From Octopus bimaculoides (taxonomy: Eukaryota), in assembly GCF_001194135.2 (NCBI RefSeq), contig NC_068999.1, positions 40,210,317-40,274,316 on the forward strand: a stretch of 64,000 bases of DNA. Reading direction: 5' to 3'. Position numbers and translations under genes: made by a program. Shown piece after piece: positions 51,837 to 64,000 of this stretch. Below the pieces are notes generated by a model. It worked only from the letters and a program-made list of their open reading frames with translations. It did not search any database and was not told the origin of the DNA. Each line of letters opens with the position of its first letter. Within the stretch, counting starts at the first letter, position 1.

Positions 51837-54764
51837 TATTAATTTACCTTTCACCTTTTGTTTTGCATCATTTATCATGTACATGTTCGGTATCCGCGAC
51901 CATTCTAAAGGTTTCTAGCGTTTTTAGGGTGGAATATATTCTCAAACTGGAACCCTAATGAGGAAGATCTTAATAAAGCATAAAACAAAGATTTCTTTCT
52001 CTCGGGCACCATAAAAAAAAAAAAATTAGGTGTGACATGCCAGACAATCAGGTTGGACAAGTTAGTATTTGAAACCAGAACGCTGCTAACGGAAAAAATA
52101 TCGCTTAGTATCCAGTTTGAAGCATTTAATATTTTCTGATTTCCTACTCTCCAAGTACGATTTATTAGTTATCGTCAGTGGAATAGAATAATACAAAGCT
52201 GTCTATTGAGAGGTGATTTACTACAAGACACAGAATATTCTAAAAGACCCTTTCAATTCGCCATGTCGCTGATGACGTCTATTAGCAATTCATTCTGTTG
52301 AAAATTCTATTTTCGTTACAATCAAATTTATAAATTATTTCGTATTTACTAAGAGAGTAAATACATCAGAAAATAACGTGAAGTCTGTCCTATGGATTGG
52401 AGAGGAAATCCGATAGCAACATAACAGATTCTGAAATAGAAAAAGTATTAAAAAAATAAGAATATTTGCAGCAAATTTTGTTGAACATGACATTTTTTTA
52501 AATATCAGATTTTACAAATAACGAAAAGGGTTTGAATATTAGAAAATATTACATATTCAAAGGAGGAACAGGAAATCAATGAATTATTTAGGCAAACTGA
52601 TACCGAAAAATGACATCAATTTGCCAAAAACATCTTTAGAGTATGATTTTTTAAAAATGGCAAATATAAATGTAATAAATATAGATGTAAATGTAAAAAA
52701 TAACAAATATAAATGTCAACGAAGATAAACTATATAGTTTATAAGTGGGTATATGTTTTTAGTCATGGCGAGTGTGATTTTTCACGCAAGTTCAATATCA
52801 AACTCTGGTAGAAAGAAATTATTCTCAATGCTCACCTATTTTCGTGAGTGGATGTTAGCGGTTACAATTGAATCTATTCGGAATTCGAATATAGTACGAA
52901 ACAGCCGGAACAAATTTCATAATAAATCTCGTTCAGTTCTCTGATAATTCATCTAATGCAAAATCTTGGATTGGTGTTCGATTTACCGACCCTAAATAGA
53001 GAAAATGAAGATTTGATATCGCGCGCGAGATTTTGAAATAAGAGTGCAATGAAAGAAAAAACATATATCACAAGGTTTCTCTCACTCTCTAACAATTCGG
53101 TTGGTTTGCCGTCATAAAATAGAGAGACAATGCAAGAATTTATCAAAATATTGCAAACTAAACATAAATGTTGATCACACATTCATGAAAACGTGTCAAA
53201 GTATTTACTACTGCAGCTAACAGCTAAACACAATTTAATTCTCAGAATATCCAACAATCAGAAAAAGCTGCAAAAGTGACAGTGGGCAAGAACATCTGTT
53301 TTAACTCAGAACACTGATTAAGGTTCACACTATCAAATACACAAAAATAATTTGTCTGTCTACACTTTAAAAACATGTACAGCTGATTTTCAGATAACCA
53401 AGGAATGGTAAAATGGAAAATGATAACGTAACTAAAAATATCACGAGTAATTGAATTTCTGCTGTAAAAACATAAGAAAATAGGTGATTCTTAAGTTGAA
53501 ACCCTAAATATTCATTATTCATTTTAGCAGCATAACTAACATGACTAGATTACATCAGATTGGTATTAAATATGGTAGGCTATATGCTGGATTTGCGAGT
53601 AGTTTGAAAATGTGTTAGACATAATTCACTGATGGAGTGGAGATATTTCCTTAAAACTAGATATGAAAAATGCGACTAGGCAGCCTCCATAAGAGGAAAG
53701 TTATTAATACAAATATTGATATTATAATGAACACTCATAAGATAGTTAAGCAAAAAAAATAACAGCAGAAAGTTAGGAATTTATGAACTAGACAGATGAC
53801 GAGACATAAATAAGAAAAAAATGTTGAAGAAGAATTATTGTATTGTATTTGATAAGTATTTAAAATAGAAAAATATACAACGGCAAAATACATACTCACA
53901 CATACACACACACACGCACACACACACACATACACACACACACACACATAAATGTGTGTGTATGTGTGAGTATATATATACATGTATATATATATATANN
54001 NNNNNNNNNNNNNNNNNNNNNNNNNNNNNNNNNNNNNNNNNNNNNNNNNNNNNNNNNNNNNNNNNNNNNNNNNNNNNNNNNNNNNNNNNNNNNNNNNNNN
54101 NNNNNNNNNNNNNNNNNNNNNNNNNNNNNNNNNNNNNNNNNNNNNNNNNNNNNNNNNNNNNNNNNNNNNNNNNNNNNNNNNNNNNNNNNNNNNNNNNNNN
54201 NNNNNNNNNNNNNNNNNNNNNNNNNNNNNNNNNNNNNNNNNNNNNNNNNNNNNNNNNNNNNNNNNNNNNNNNNNNNNNNNNNNNNNNNNNNNNNNNNNNN
54301 NNNNNNNNNNNNNNNNNNNNNNNNTATATATATATATATATATACATATACACACACATACATACCAATAATGTGTGTATGTATGTAGTGTCTCCAAAAC
54401 AAAAGTCACTTTTGCAATATTCTGAATGCTGTGTTAAGTGATTTTCCAAAAAAAGAAAAGAAATTAATAACATGATTTAGAATAGTTCACACAGAGACTT
54501 ACATATAGACATTATATTTACTACAAACACAGGACACGAAAGATATGTGACGTGTGAAAGTAGGAAACCATTATGGAAAATTTACTGTAGGTTTCGAAAA
54601 ATATTTAGCAAGTTTAAAGGGAAGATAAAAGAAAAAGTTAGAAATAATCTTGAAAACTAAAACAAGACTGTATTCATATTTGAGGAGGAACGCCGCTAAG
54701 TTCAGAGGTATGCAGGGTGATGATGGTTAAGGATAATGCAAAAATAATAAACATTAGTAAGCGT

Positions 54765-54917
54765 AGGCAGTGTTGTATGGTATGATACTTGCTTCTGAAC
54801 CGCCTTGTTTCCGGGTTCAGTCTCACTGCGTGTCACCTTATCTAGGTGCCTTCTATTTTAGCCTCGGGATGACCAAAGCCTTATGGGTGGATTGGCACAT
54901 AGAAACTGAATCGGCAT

Positions 54918-54956
<39 letters not shown>

Positions 54957-55572
54957 NNNNNNNNNNNNNNNNNNNNNNNNNNNNNNNNNNNNNNNNNNNN
55001 NNNNNNNNNNNNNNNNNNNNNNNNNNNNNNNNNNNNNNNNNNNNNNNNNNNNNNNNNNNNNNNNNNNNNNATACATACATGCATACACACACATACACAC
55101 ACACACACATATATATATAGTTATGTGTGTGTGTTATCCCCACTGTTGCTCGAAAACCGATGTTGGTGTGTTTACTTCCCCATAAACTTGCGTTCGGCAA
55201 AAGATTCAGACAGAATAAGTACAGAATAAGTATGAAAAGGCGGTGAGCTGGAAGAAACGTTAGCACGCCGGGCGAAATGCTTAGCGTTATTTCGTCTACG
55301 TTACGTTCTGAGTTCCAATTCCGCCGAGGTCGACTTTGTCGTTCATCTTTTCGAGGTCGACAAATTAAGTACCAGTTACGTACTGGGGTCGATGTAATCG
55401 ACTTAATTCCTTTGTCTGTCCTTGTTTGTCCCCTCTATGCGTAGCACCTTGTGGGCAATAAAGAAATAAGATTAAGTACCAGGCTGAAGATAATATCTAC
55501 AGAGGCCGATTCATTTGAATACAAATTCGTCAAAGCAGTGCCCCAGTATGGCCGCACTCTAATTACTGAAAC
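54765..55572 (+). mobile_element. SINE B with a complete SINE A (about 55237-55470) nested inside it
   Basis: The B body is interrupted after GAATAAGTA by a full A copy and resumes at ATTAAGTACCAGGC...CAGTATGGCCGCA..CTGAAAC. Confidence 0.85.
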
Positions 55573-55624
55573 ACTCACACACACACACACTCACACGTAT
55601 ACACACATATATATGTCTGTGAAC

Positions 55625-55865
55625 ACGCGTAGCATAGTGGTTGGGGTATGACATTCACGATCGTTAACTCGTGGGATCGATCCAGGGACCCGCGCGTTGT
55701 TTTCCTGAGCAACGCACTGCACTTCACATTGTTCCAGACCACCCAGCTATAAATGGCTAACTCTGGGACGGAATATCCTTCCATCAGAGTGGCATCATTC
55801 GAATGATAAAACAATATGAAGCACATTGTAACCAGCGATGTATTACAACGTCCGACAGTCTCTCA
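55625..55865 (+). mobile_element. Third tRNA-derived SINE family (C)
   Basis: tRNA-like head GCGTAGCATAGTGGTT..GGGATCGATCC, then CCTGAGCAACGCACTGCACTTCACATTGTTCCAG..CAGCT; related degraded pieces at about 35400-35580. Confidence 0.7.
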
Positions 55866-58800
55866 AACACTGTGCATTATGTGCTTATATATCAGACTTC
55901 AGCACAAAATTCCAGCAAAGATTATTAATGCTATAGCTCTCAACTCCAGATTATTTACTGAAGGCGCTGTTTGTTTTGATATTTTCTAAATCTACATGGT
56001 TTAGGAGCAATCTTTGAAACCACGATTCCATACATTTTAACATATTCAGAAGCTCTAAAATGCTGGGAAGGAAACTAAAATAAAAGACGAAAGAAATTAA
56101 GAACTCTGCTTCACATGTTTAATGCATAACTTTTCCAAAAACCTGATCAATATGAAGGTTTTCTTTGAAATACTACGTGTGTGTGTGACATATTGATGCC
56201 AACATTTCATCATTACTTTAGGAAAGCCCCCTACGTAGTATGCTATTAAAGAAATATATTGCTATTAAGTCCTTTCTATTAAATAGAAGTGCATTTCTCG
56301 CCCCTATTTGGACGTTGTAATGAGCACATTGTTCACTATTTTGTAAAGTGTGAAGGTAAATTTCCATCTTTGATATTAAACAACGAAATATATATAGAGC
56401 TGCTACTCTATAGAAATAGCAACTGATTATTCATCAAAAGACACAACATCAAGAGAAGCGATATTAGTAACGAAATGTGTTCCTAAATATACTGACCGGA
56501 AACAGAAGTTTATAGTAGAGTTGTGGAGCTATAAATCATTGTCCTACTGTATTTAGAACTAAAATGCCACTATACAACCGATATTACATTAACCACTGAA
56601 ATTCTAGTCAACTAGAGATCATATGACCTCTCGCAAGACCTTTTCGAATTATCAGCCAATGCGCCTTAAATATCGCGATATCAATAAAGAAAAAAATAGC
56701 AGAAAAGCTGCATATGCTAATGTAGTCATAGATACGATAAATCTGAATAGAAGACAGTGTGATTACAAGTGGAATGCCTTTGATTATGTCTGCTTGATTA
56801 GGTCTGACCTGGGAGCTAATTAACAAGAACAACAACTAGTAATAATTAATTTAATAAAAGTAGAATCCATTTCCACCCCTTGTCAGTGCAGATCTTCACA
56901 AATGCATGAACGGAGAAACTTTTGATCATCACTCAAACATTATTCACACCAATTTTACAGACACGCGATGGATGCAAAGCGCTTCAATCGAAAGCGCCTT
57001 ACGTGATTCAAAAGGAATGTCCAAATAATTAACAATTTTCTGGATGATTAATCGTCGATCAGTGTGAATATTTCCTTTCACCTTAGAGACCATTTTCTCA
57101 AGGGAAAATGGAAAATGATAACAGACGTGTCACATTCAACTGCTGCTCACCAACTTCAGAAATATTCAGTTTTGTTCCAAATGCAATAAAAACACGTACG
57201 CACGCCCAACACACACAAAAAAAAACAATTTTTTAAAAAAATTACTAGGAACTTTTACTTCATTCGCTCTGTTCAAAATATATGTATACCGAATTATGTT
57301 TCAGAACATAGCCCTCAATATACTTCATAACAGTGAGAAGTGGAAATTTTCCAGGTGTGAATACTGTACGATGTATCCACAAATTGAGACTCACTATTTT
57401 TATATGACGCCAGTAGCGAATATTTGTAGTGTTTCAGAAGTCTCTTATACACACAGCGCCACAAATACATACACTTCTATATAAACACACACACACACAC
57501 ACATAAAATCTATATGCAACCGAAAATTAACAGCAATAACAACTGACATCCCTGAGAGGGAAATTTATTTTGCAAATTTACTTATGTTCGCATTATATAA
57601 CACCCTCATATTTCTCAAATTGACAACATTTGGATAACTTCACAAATTATTGCCATAATGCAATTAATCTCATCATTTAGCTTATGGTGAGAGTTTGTAT
57701 TTAGCTTTTTATTTTGCAGAAACGACACCAAAGAGAAGAAGAAACACGACGAAGAGAAAATCACACAAGAGGTCAGGGAATGTGTGATGAAAGAACTCTA
57801 GTAATAAATATAAAGTGAAGATCAAATAAACAGTGCGTGTGTTTATTGGCAAAGAAAACGAACATGACCGTCGCAAATATATTATACACACCCACCCACA
57901 TGTATGTATGTACGTTTGTATGTATGTGTGTGTGTCACAGTGTATATATGTAGACCAGTCCATAACTGAAATGATAGGAAATAAACATTGGATAAATTTC
58001 ACCGATAGGGATGTCATCAATAGAAAGCCATAAGGAATTTAATACAAAAATAATGTTTCGATTTCAATACAAAAGCCAAGATAGATTTCCAGATGGGATC
58101 ATAATGGATCATTACTTCGTCATTTAATACGAATTCCTCCCACTTACTGAGAGCAGGTGAATATTTCTATTCTACTTCTCCACGTTCGGTCAGATAGCCT
58201 GGGTAAACTTGGAATTCATTATTTGTTCGATGTTTGTCAATAAAATGAAATGTGTAAACATTCACACACAATTTGTGGTATATTTTCCTCAAGACGCCTC
58301 ACAATATAATGGTTTCCTCTGACGTAATGATATAATATGCATGCAAAAAGCACACACATAGACACATGTAGACGTACGCCCAGATGTACATACGTATGTA
58401 TGTATGTGTGTGCGTGTACAAATGGACTTAAACACACACGCAAGTTTAAATATTTATATACATATACCTATATATATNNNNNNNNNNNNNNNNNNNNNNN
58501 NNNNNNNNNNNNNNNNNNNNNNNNTATATATATATATATATATATATATATTCACACACGCATAAAGTATTCTTACGAAATAACGGCTACCTCAGGGATT
58601 TCAGATGCCATTAATGCGTATTTCTCGTCGTTTGAGAATATTATTTTAGGGAAATAAATTTATGACATGAATAAGGAGAGTTTAGTAAACAAGAGACAAT
58701 GATACAACATAATGTATACCCGTTTATTAGATCATAAATGCACAATAAGTAATGTATTCAAATATATACAAAACCACTTTAAAATTATTTAAAAAAACCT

Positions 58801-61490
58801 TTATGCAATGAAAAAAAAATCATAATTTTTGCACCCAGGGTGTTAGATAAGGAATAAATATTTATTATATGTTAATTGTAAAATAGGCTAAACTCTTATG
58901 TTTAAGTTTTAAAAAATACGCTCTCAAATATAAGTAGAACTTTGTAAAATCATAAAAAACTGTATTGAATTCTCCTACCCGGATGCTTATTAAGTGTTAC
59001 TTCATTGCCATTCCTGCGGTGAGTGGTTCAGAATAATACGGCTGGGGGTATTTGTTGTAGTGGTGGTTCAGGTAAGTGGGTTCTTTTTAACCCCACCTAC
59101 GTCTCAATCGAATACTTTTATGACCAAGTGGTTCCATTCCAGAATATAGTGGCATTTAAAATAAGTTCAAATATTTGCTACCCCAATACTTGGGACAGGG
59201 CGATGTGATATTTCATGGAAGTATATTAGCTGGTGTTCATTGTGTACTTAGTATCTACATCTACCTTAGTTCAGCGTTGAGTTAGAAATGTTAGAATTAA
59301 AGCATTCATTGAAGGATAATGTATTTTTTCCTATGTCTCCTGAACCTAGGGTCACATCATCTAATTTGTGTTACTATTTCTGGGAGGACACACAAGTACG
59401 TAGTGACTACCTCGTTCGTTAGCATTTTGGTAGTAGAATGGTGAGCATGCTGATAGAATTGCCGTGGTGCTCGAGGGTAATCCCGAGCTTGCAGAACTGC
59501 AAACAGGTTCTATTTAAAATACTAATAAAATAACATTATTTTTATCTGAGATCTAGTGCTGTTGCATTTAATAATGTAACATTACAGCTTTTAGGACAGC
59601 AGCGTATTATACGAAAGTAATTTAGCTGTCATTTTCACAGAGAGAGTGATAAATTAAAGTTTCCTCCTTTCCATATTATATCCTAAATCATATGAGTGAG
59701 ACAATGTTTAACCAGAATAATACAAGTGTCAAGGAACAAGTTTATATATAGCAATGGAAACCATATCTCATTAATGACCAATAAGTAATAAATGCAAATA
59801 TATACAAGACCATTTTAAAATCAAAAAGCTTGCACACGCTGCGTGTATGAAGAGATGCACACGACATAACACTGTGTATGAATTATTTACACTCTAATCA
59901 TTCTTGGATGACCATTAGCCAAAAGTTGGTTCGAACAACAGATGATTTATCTAAGGCTAAGTACAATGAAATGTATAATTAAATCATCTTGTGCTTGCCT
60001 TAATACAAACAACGCCATGCTGACACGCTATTCACACATACGGTCATAGAGCACACCCATACCTACTTGAAACTATTCTTCTCATATATGCATGAACCTA
60101 ACTCTAGTCCTATGCCACTTTGTGACATTAAAGTACACATACCCAACCGCACGCCGACACACATTGACCAACTCGGACCTGCGCTAATGCACACAAACGT
60201 GTCACGCATATAAATGCACAGCTCACTCTTTGTTTATTCATCCATATATTCATGTCTACTTATAAAAAAGGTAAGCAAATGCAGACGCACTCAGCTTACA
60301 CTTCCCACACACACGTAAACTCACTCACTCATCACTCACTTATCACTCACTCATTATTCACTGACACCTTATTTCACTCACATACTTCAACATTTCGTTA
60401 TTTTCGCTTTGGCTGACAGGTGTGAATCCTACCACTTAAATCGTCGTTTCTGGTTGACCGCTACTGATTTTATCTTGTCATCAATCACCCACCTACGATA
60501 AATCTGATGCAGATTCGGCTTCCCTCTCTTTACTATCGTGTTTTGCTAAAACAAGAACAAAAAAACATATTGTCGTCACCCCGCCATGTTTCTGTTACAC
60601 TGCACCCGTCATAGTCCCGGCACGTATGTCACGTCTTTACGTTCAAAAGTTCACCAGTTATCGTTTCTCGATAAATTCTATATTTCTTCATCACAGGTTT
60701 TTCGTCTCCTTTTTGAATTTTATCATTTTCTTACCAAATTCAGAACTTGAATATACATGTGTAATTCTTTGAGAAAATTCACTCAGTTTTCTCTCTTTAT
60801 TAAATTTCTGTTTAGTTCTCCTTATCGATAATTTATTTATATTAGAACGTAACATTTATACACGTGCAAAGCATTAAAAACACCATCTTCGTTGCAGTTG
60901 CGAAATGAATTTATTCCCTTATAGCCGTCAATACCGTCTCATATATGCGCTTAAAAACGCCATCTTAATACAACACTAACACACAAACACACACACACAC
61001 ATAAATGCACCACACTCACCGTAACATCTATCATTCTATATACACTTCAGCACATATACAAGTACTGCAATAACACATACACAACACTTTTCGCACACAC
61101 AAATCTCCTCATGCCTTCTTCGAGGAACAGGCGTACAGTTTATCAATCTAACCCCCTCTGTACTTACTCATTGTTTAGTATACCCACTATATATCCAATT
61201 GTCTGTCCGATTCCTAGCTATTTTGTCCTTTACTCCCATTCTTCTCAATAAGTTTTCGTCCTTCTATGTTCGTTTTACTGTGCTTCTCTCACAGTTCCTT
61301 CTGACAAAGAACTAAAATCTGAAACGTTGAAACTGATTTTTTATACTAAAGCGCTAAAGTACTATTTTATTTGCCGAACCCTGTTACTGCTGTGTCGTCT
61401 TTTTTTTATTCTTCATTCTATTTATTTTGTATAATCATTTACTTACTTAGTACACACACAACACACACCCACACCCACACACACACATAC

Positions 61491-61580
61491 ACACATGCAC
61501 ACACAGGAGTACATACATACACACATGCACACACAGGAGTACATACATACACACATGCACACACAGGAGTACATACATAC
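61491..61580. repeat. 30-bp minisatellite, 3 perfect copies
   Basis: ACACATGCACACACAGGAGTACATACATAC x3 with no spacers. Confidence 0.97.
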
Positions 61581-61878
61581 ACATTTTTATATACACTATA
61601 TAAATAGCGAGATAGAGAGTGAATGAAATTGGGGTAATATATGTGTGAGTACATGTGCGTGTCAAATTCAATAACCTTATTTACGCACAGCAGTGAAGCG
61701 AACAATTATTTCGGCAGGCGAATTAAAGAATCATTAATAATATCAGAGCAAACGTTGCCTTTTTGTGTTATGGTTTCTGATGTTGCACTTCGTATTATTC
61801 TTGGTATCGTTATTCCTAATATTGCTATCGTTGTTCGTGTATATTTTATTTTTACTTCGCTTCTATCATGCCACGTGA

Positions 61879-61945
<67 letters not shown>

Positions 61946-62327
61946 GTATGTATACACATATAAATATATACATACACACACACATACACATAAACATATC
62001 CATCTAACTACACACACATACATAAATATAGATATACGGAGAGAAAGAGAGAGATATTTAGATATTTCACATTATTGATATAGATTTAGGTATATATATG
62101 TATACACAATGCATGTATGCATTTAAATATATATATATGCGTGTGTGTGTGTGTGTGTACGTATTCGTCCATATATCTGTAGGTGTATACTAAATTTGCA
62201 AACCAATCTGTCAATGCATTTTTATTCAGGAAATATCCACTGCTAATGTACAAAATGGCGCCGTTTTCAATAACGATACCTTCCAACGAATCAATGCTAC
62301 ACACATACACACAGAGACACACATACA

Positions 62328-62348
62328 GATGGATAGATAGATAGATAA

Positions 62349-62385
<37 letters not shown>

Positions 62386-62455
62386 GAGATAGATAGATAG
62401 ATACATAGATAGTTAGGTAGGTAGGTAGGTAGGTAGGTGGGTAGGTAGGTAGGTA
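62328..62455. repeat. Compound (GATA)n-(GGTA)n tetranucleotide microsatellite
   Basis: Direct reading. Confidence 0.96.
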
Positions 62456-62467
62456 TATATATATGTG

Positions 62468-62498
<31 letters not shown>

Positions 62499-63029
62499 AN
62501 NNNNNNNNNNNNNNNNNNNNNNNNNNNNNNNNNNNNNNNNNNNNNNNNNNNNNNNNNNNNNNNNNNNNNNNNNNNNNNNNNNNNNNNNNNNNNNNNNNNN
62601 NNNNNNNNNNNNNNNNNNNNNNNNNNNNNNNNNNNNNNNNNNNNNNNNNNNNNNNNNNNNNNNNNNNNNNNNNNNNNNNNNNNNNNNNNNNNNNNNNNNN
62701 NNNNNNNNNNNNNNNNNNNNNNNNNNNNNNNNNNNNNNNNNNNNNNNNNNNNNNNNNNNNNNNNNNNNNNNNNNNNNNNNNNNNNNNNNNNNNNNNNNNN
62801 NNNNNNNNNNNNNNNNNNNNNNNNNNNNNNNNNNNNNNNNNNNNNNNNNNNNNNNNNNNNNNNNNNNNNNNNNNNNNNNNNNNNNNNNNNNNNNNNNNNN
62901 NNNNNNNNNNNNNNNNNNNNNNNNNNNNNNNNNNNNNNNNNNNNNNNNNNNNNNNNNNTATATATATCCTTGGATACTTTAACACCTTTCAGCCCAAAGG
63001 ATGTAGCCATTCTGGGGCACAACCAGTGT

Positions 63030-63770
63030 GATCAATTTTGAATGACCAACGTTATGTGACTGGATTTTCGTGTAGGAGGGAGACCGACACTGCTGCTCTC
63101 TTTTGACTCTCCTGCTTTGATATTGGTTGATTTCGGTCGTTGGACAGCAGAAGGCTAAGTTGTTACTTGAAAACGTCTGCTCCCACTCCATGATGTTTTG
63201 GCAAGGTGTAAAATATGAATCCCTTGCTATTGCAGTACATGATCCTCGCTCTAGGTAAGATAGCTGAGACCTTTGGAATAATGCAGTAACGTCCAGATCG
63301 ATTCCAAGGTTTGGTACTAGCCTCCCCACCCCAGCTCACCAGGATCTTTCATACATATATCACTGCATACCTATCCCGTCTTCACTCCAGGGAGAAGAGT
63401 TCTAATTCTTTTCCAATAACTCAGCTGTTACATTGACGCAACCTTCCTTGTTCAACATTGCTGAATGCCTCAAGTTTCGCTATTAGTCGGACAATGTAGG
63501 GTGACCACAGTTGGCAGCAGTAGCTGAGACGGCTGAGGAATAATGTCTTCCGTAGAACCAGCATAGTTTTCTAGTCCCTTATTGTGAAGATTCTGAAAAT
63601 CCATCCGGCTTTTCGCCGGCTCTCTGACACTGTCTTGGTGATATGCATGTGACACGAGGCATCGATGGTCATATGAATCCTGAGATCGCGGTCTGTGTGT
63701 GATTGTGTGATTGCCGTTTCTTTTGGTCCAAAGTATCGCTATTGCGTTCTTTGAGCACGACCTAGCTGGC
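63030..63770 (-). mobile_element. CR1/L2/Jockey-group LINE RT 3' relic, related to the 32985 copy
   Basis: Minus strand HITKTVSESRRKAGWIFRIFTIRD.KTMLVLRKTLFLSRLSYCCQLWSPY..LIAKLEA..ELFSLE.RRDRYAVIYV.KIL, with stops and frameshifts. Confidence 0.88.
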
Positions 63771-64000
63771 AGCGGAGGTCTTGAAATTTGCCTGCATTAA
63801 ATTGCATGTTGCTTTCCTCAACCCATAAATGTGTGTATGTGTGTGTGTGTGTGTGTATGAGAGAGAGTGTGTATATGTGTGTGTGTATAGATAGATGAAT
63901 ATTCATCTTGCGAATATTTTAAATCTTCATTTACTTTCTACTTACAAGTACATATGTATATATATATGTATATATGTATATATATATATATATGTATATA

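Noticed and set aside
61491-61580. 30-bp direct repeats as a CRISPR array
   Set aside because: No spacers, eukaryotic context, and a unit derived from CA microsatellite.
2034-62958. Regular association of N gaps with (AT)n tracts
   Set aside because: Expected short-read assembly artefact, not biology.
93-63041. The many YI-, HT-, CV-, LS-, poly-I/F/L and X-containing ORFs in the track
   Set aside because: They are translations of dinucleotide or trinucleotide microsatellites, or frames running through N gaps.

Overview
AT-rich eukaryotic DNA, most likely from an octopod cephalopod draft assembly. This is inferred from the recurrent tRNA-derived SINE families, the very dense (AT)n/(CA)n/(ATT)n microsatellites and the many N gaps flanked by (AT)n. 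The window is mostly repeats: three SINE families, decayed Tc1/mariner DNA transposons (mariner, DD34E Tc1, DD37D/maT-like, a pogo/Tigger-like MITE) and LINE relics (CR1-group RT 3' ends, an R4/Dong-type endonuclease tail). I recognise no conserved host gene, rRNA, true tRNA or CRISPR array. Almost all ORFs in the supplied track are artefacts of microsatellites, N gaps or transposons, and two neuropeptide-looking ORFs turned out to be transposase relics. The best non-repeat candidates are on the minus strand. One is a two-exon Cys/Tyr-rich coding segment (11995-11817 joined to 11517-11364, AATAAA just after the stop) whose splice donor is buried in a 41-bp exon-intron hairpin. The other is a ~90-aa signal-peptide-bearing ORF (27985/27967-27692) with in-frame tandem repeats. 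Both are unvalidated predictions. Several fold-back repeats are plausible dsRNA/ADAR substrates.
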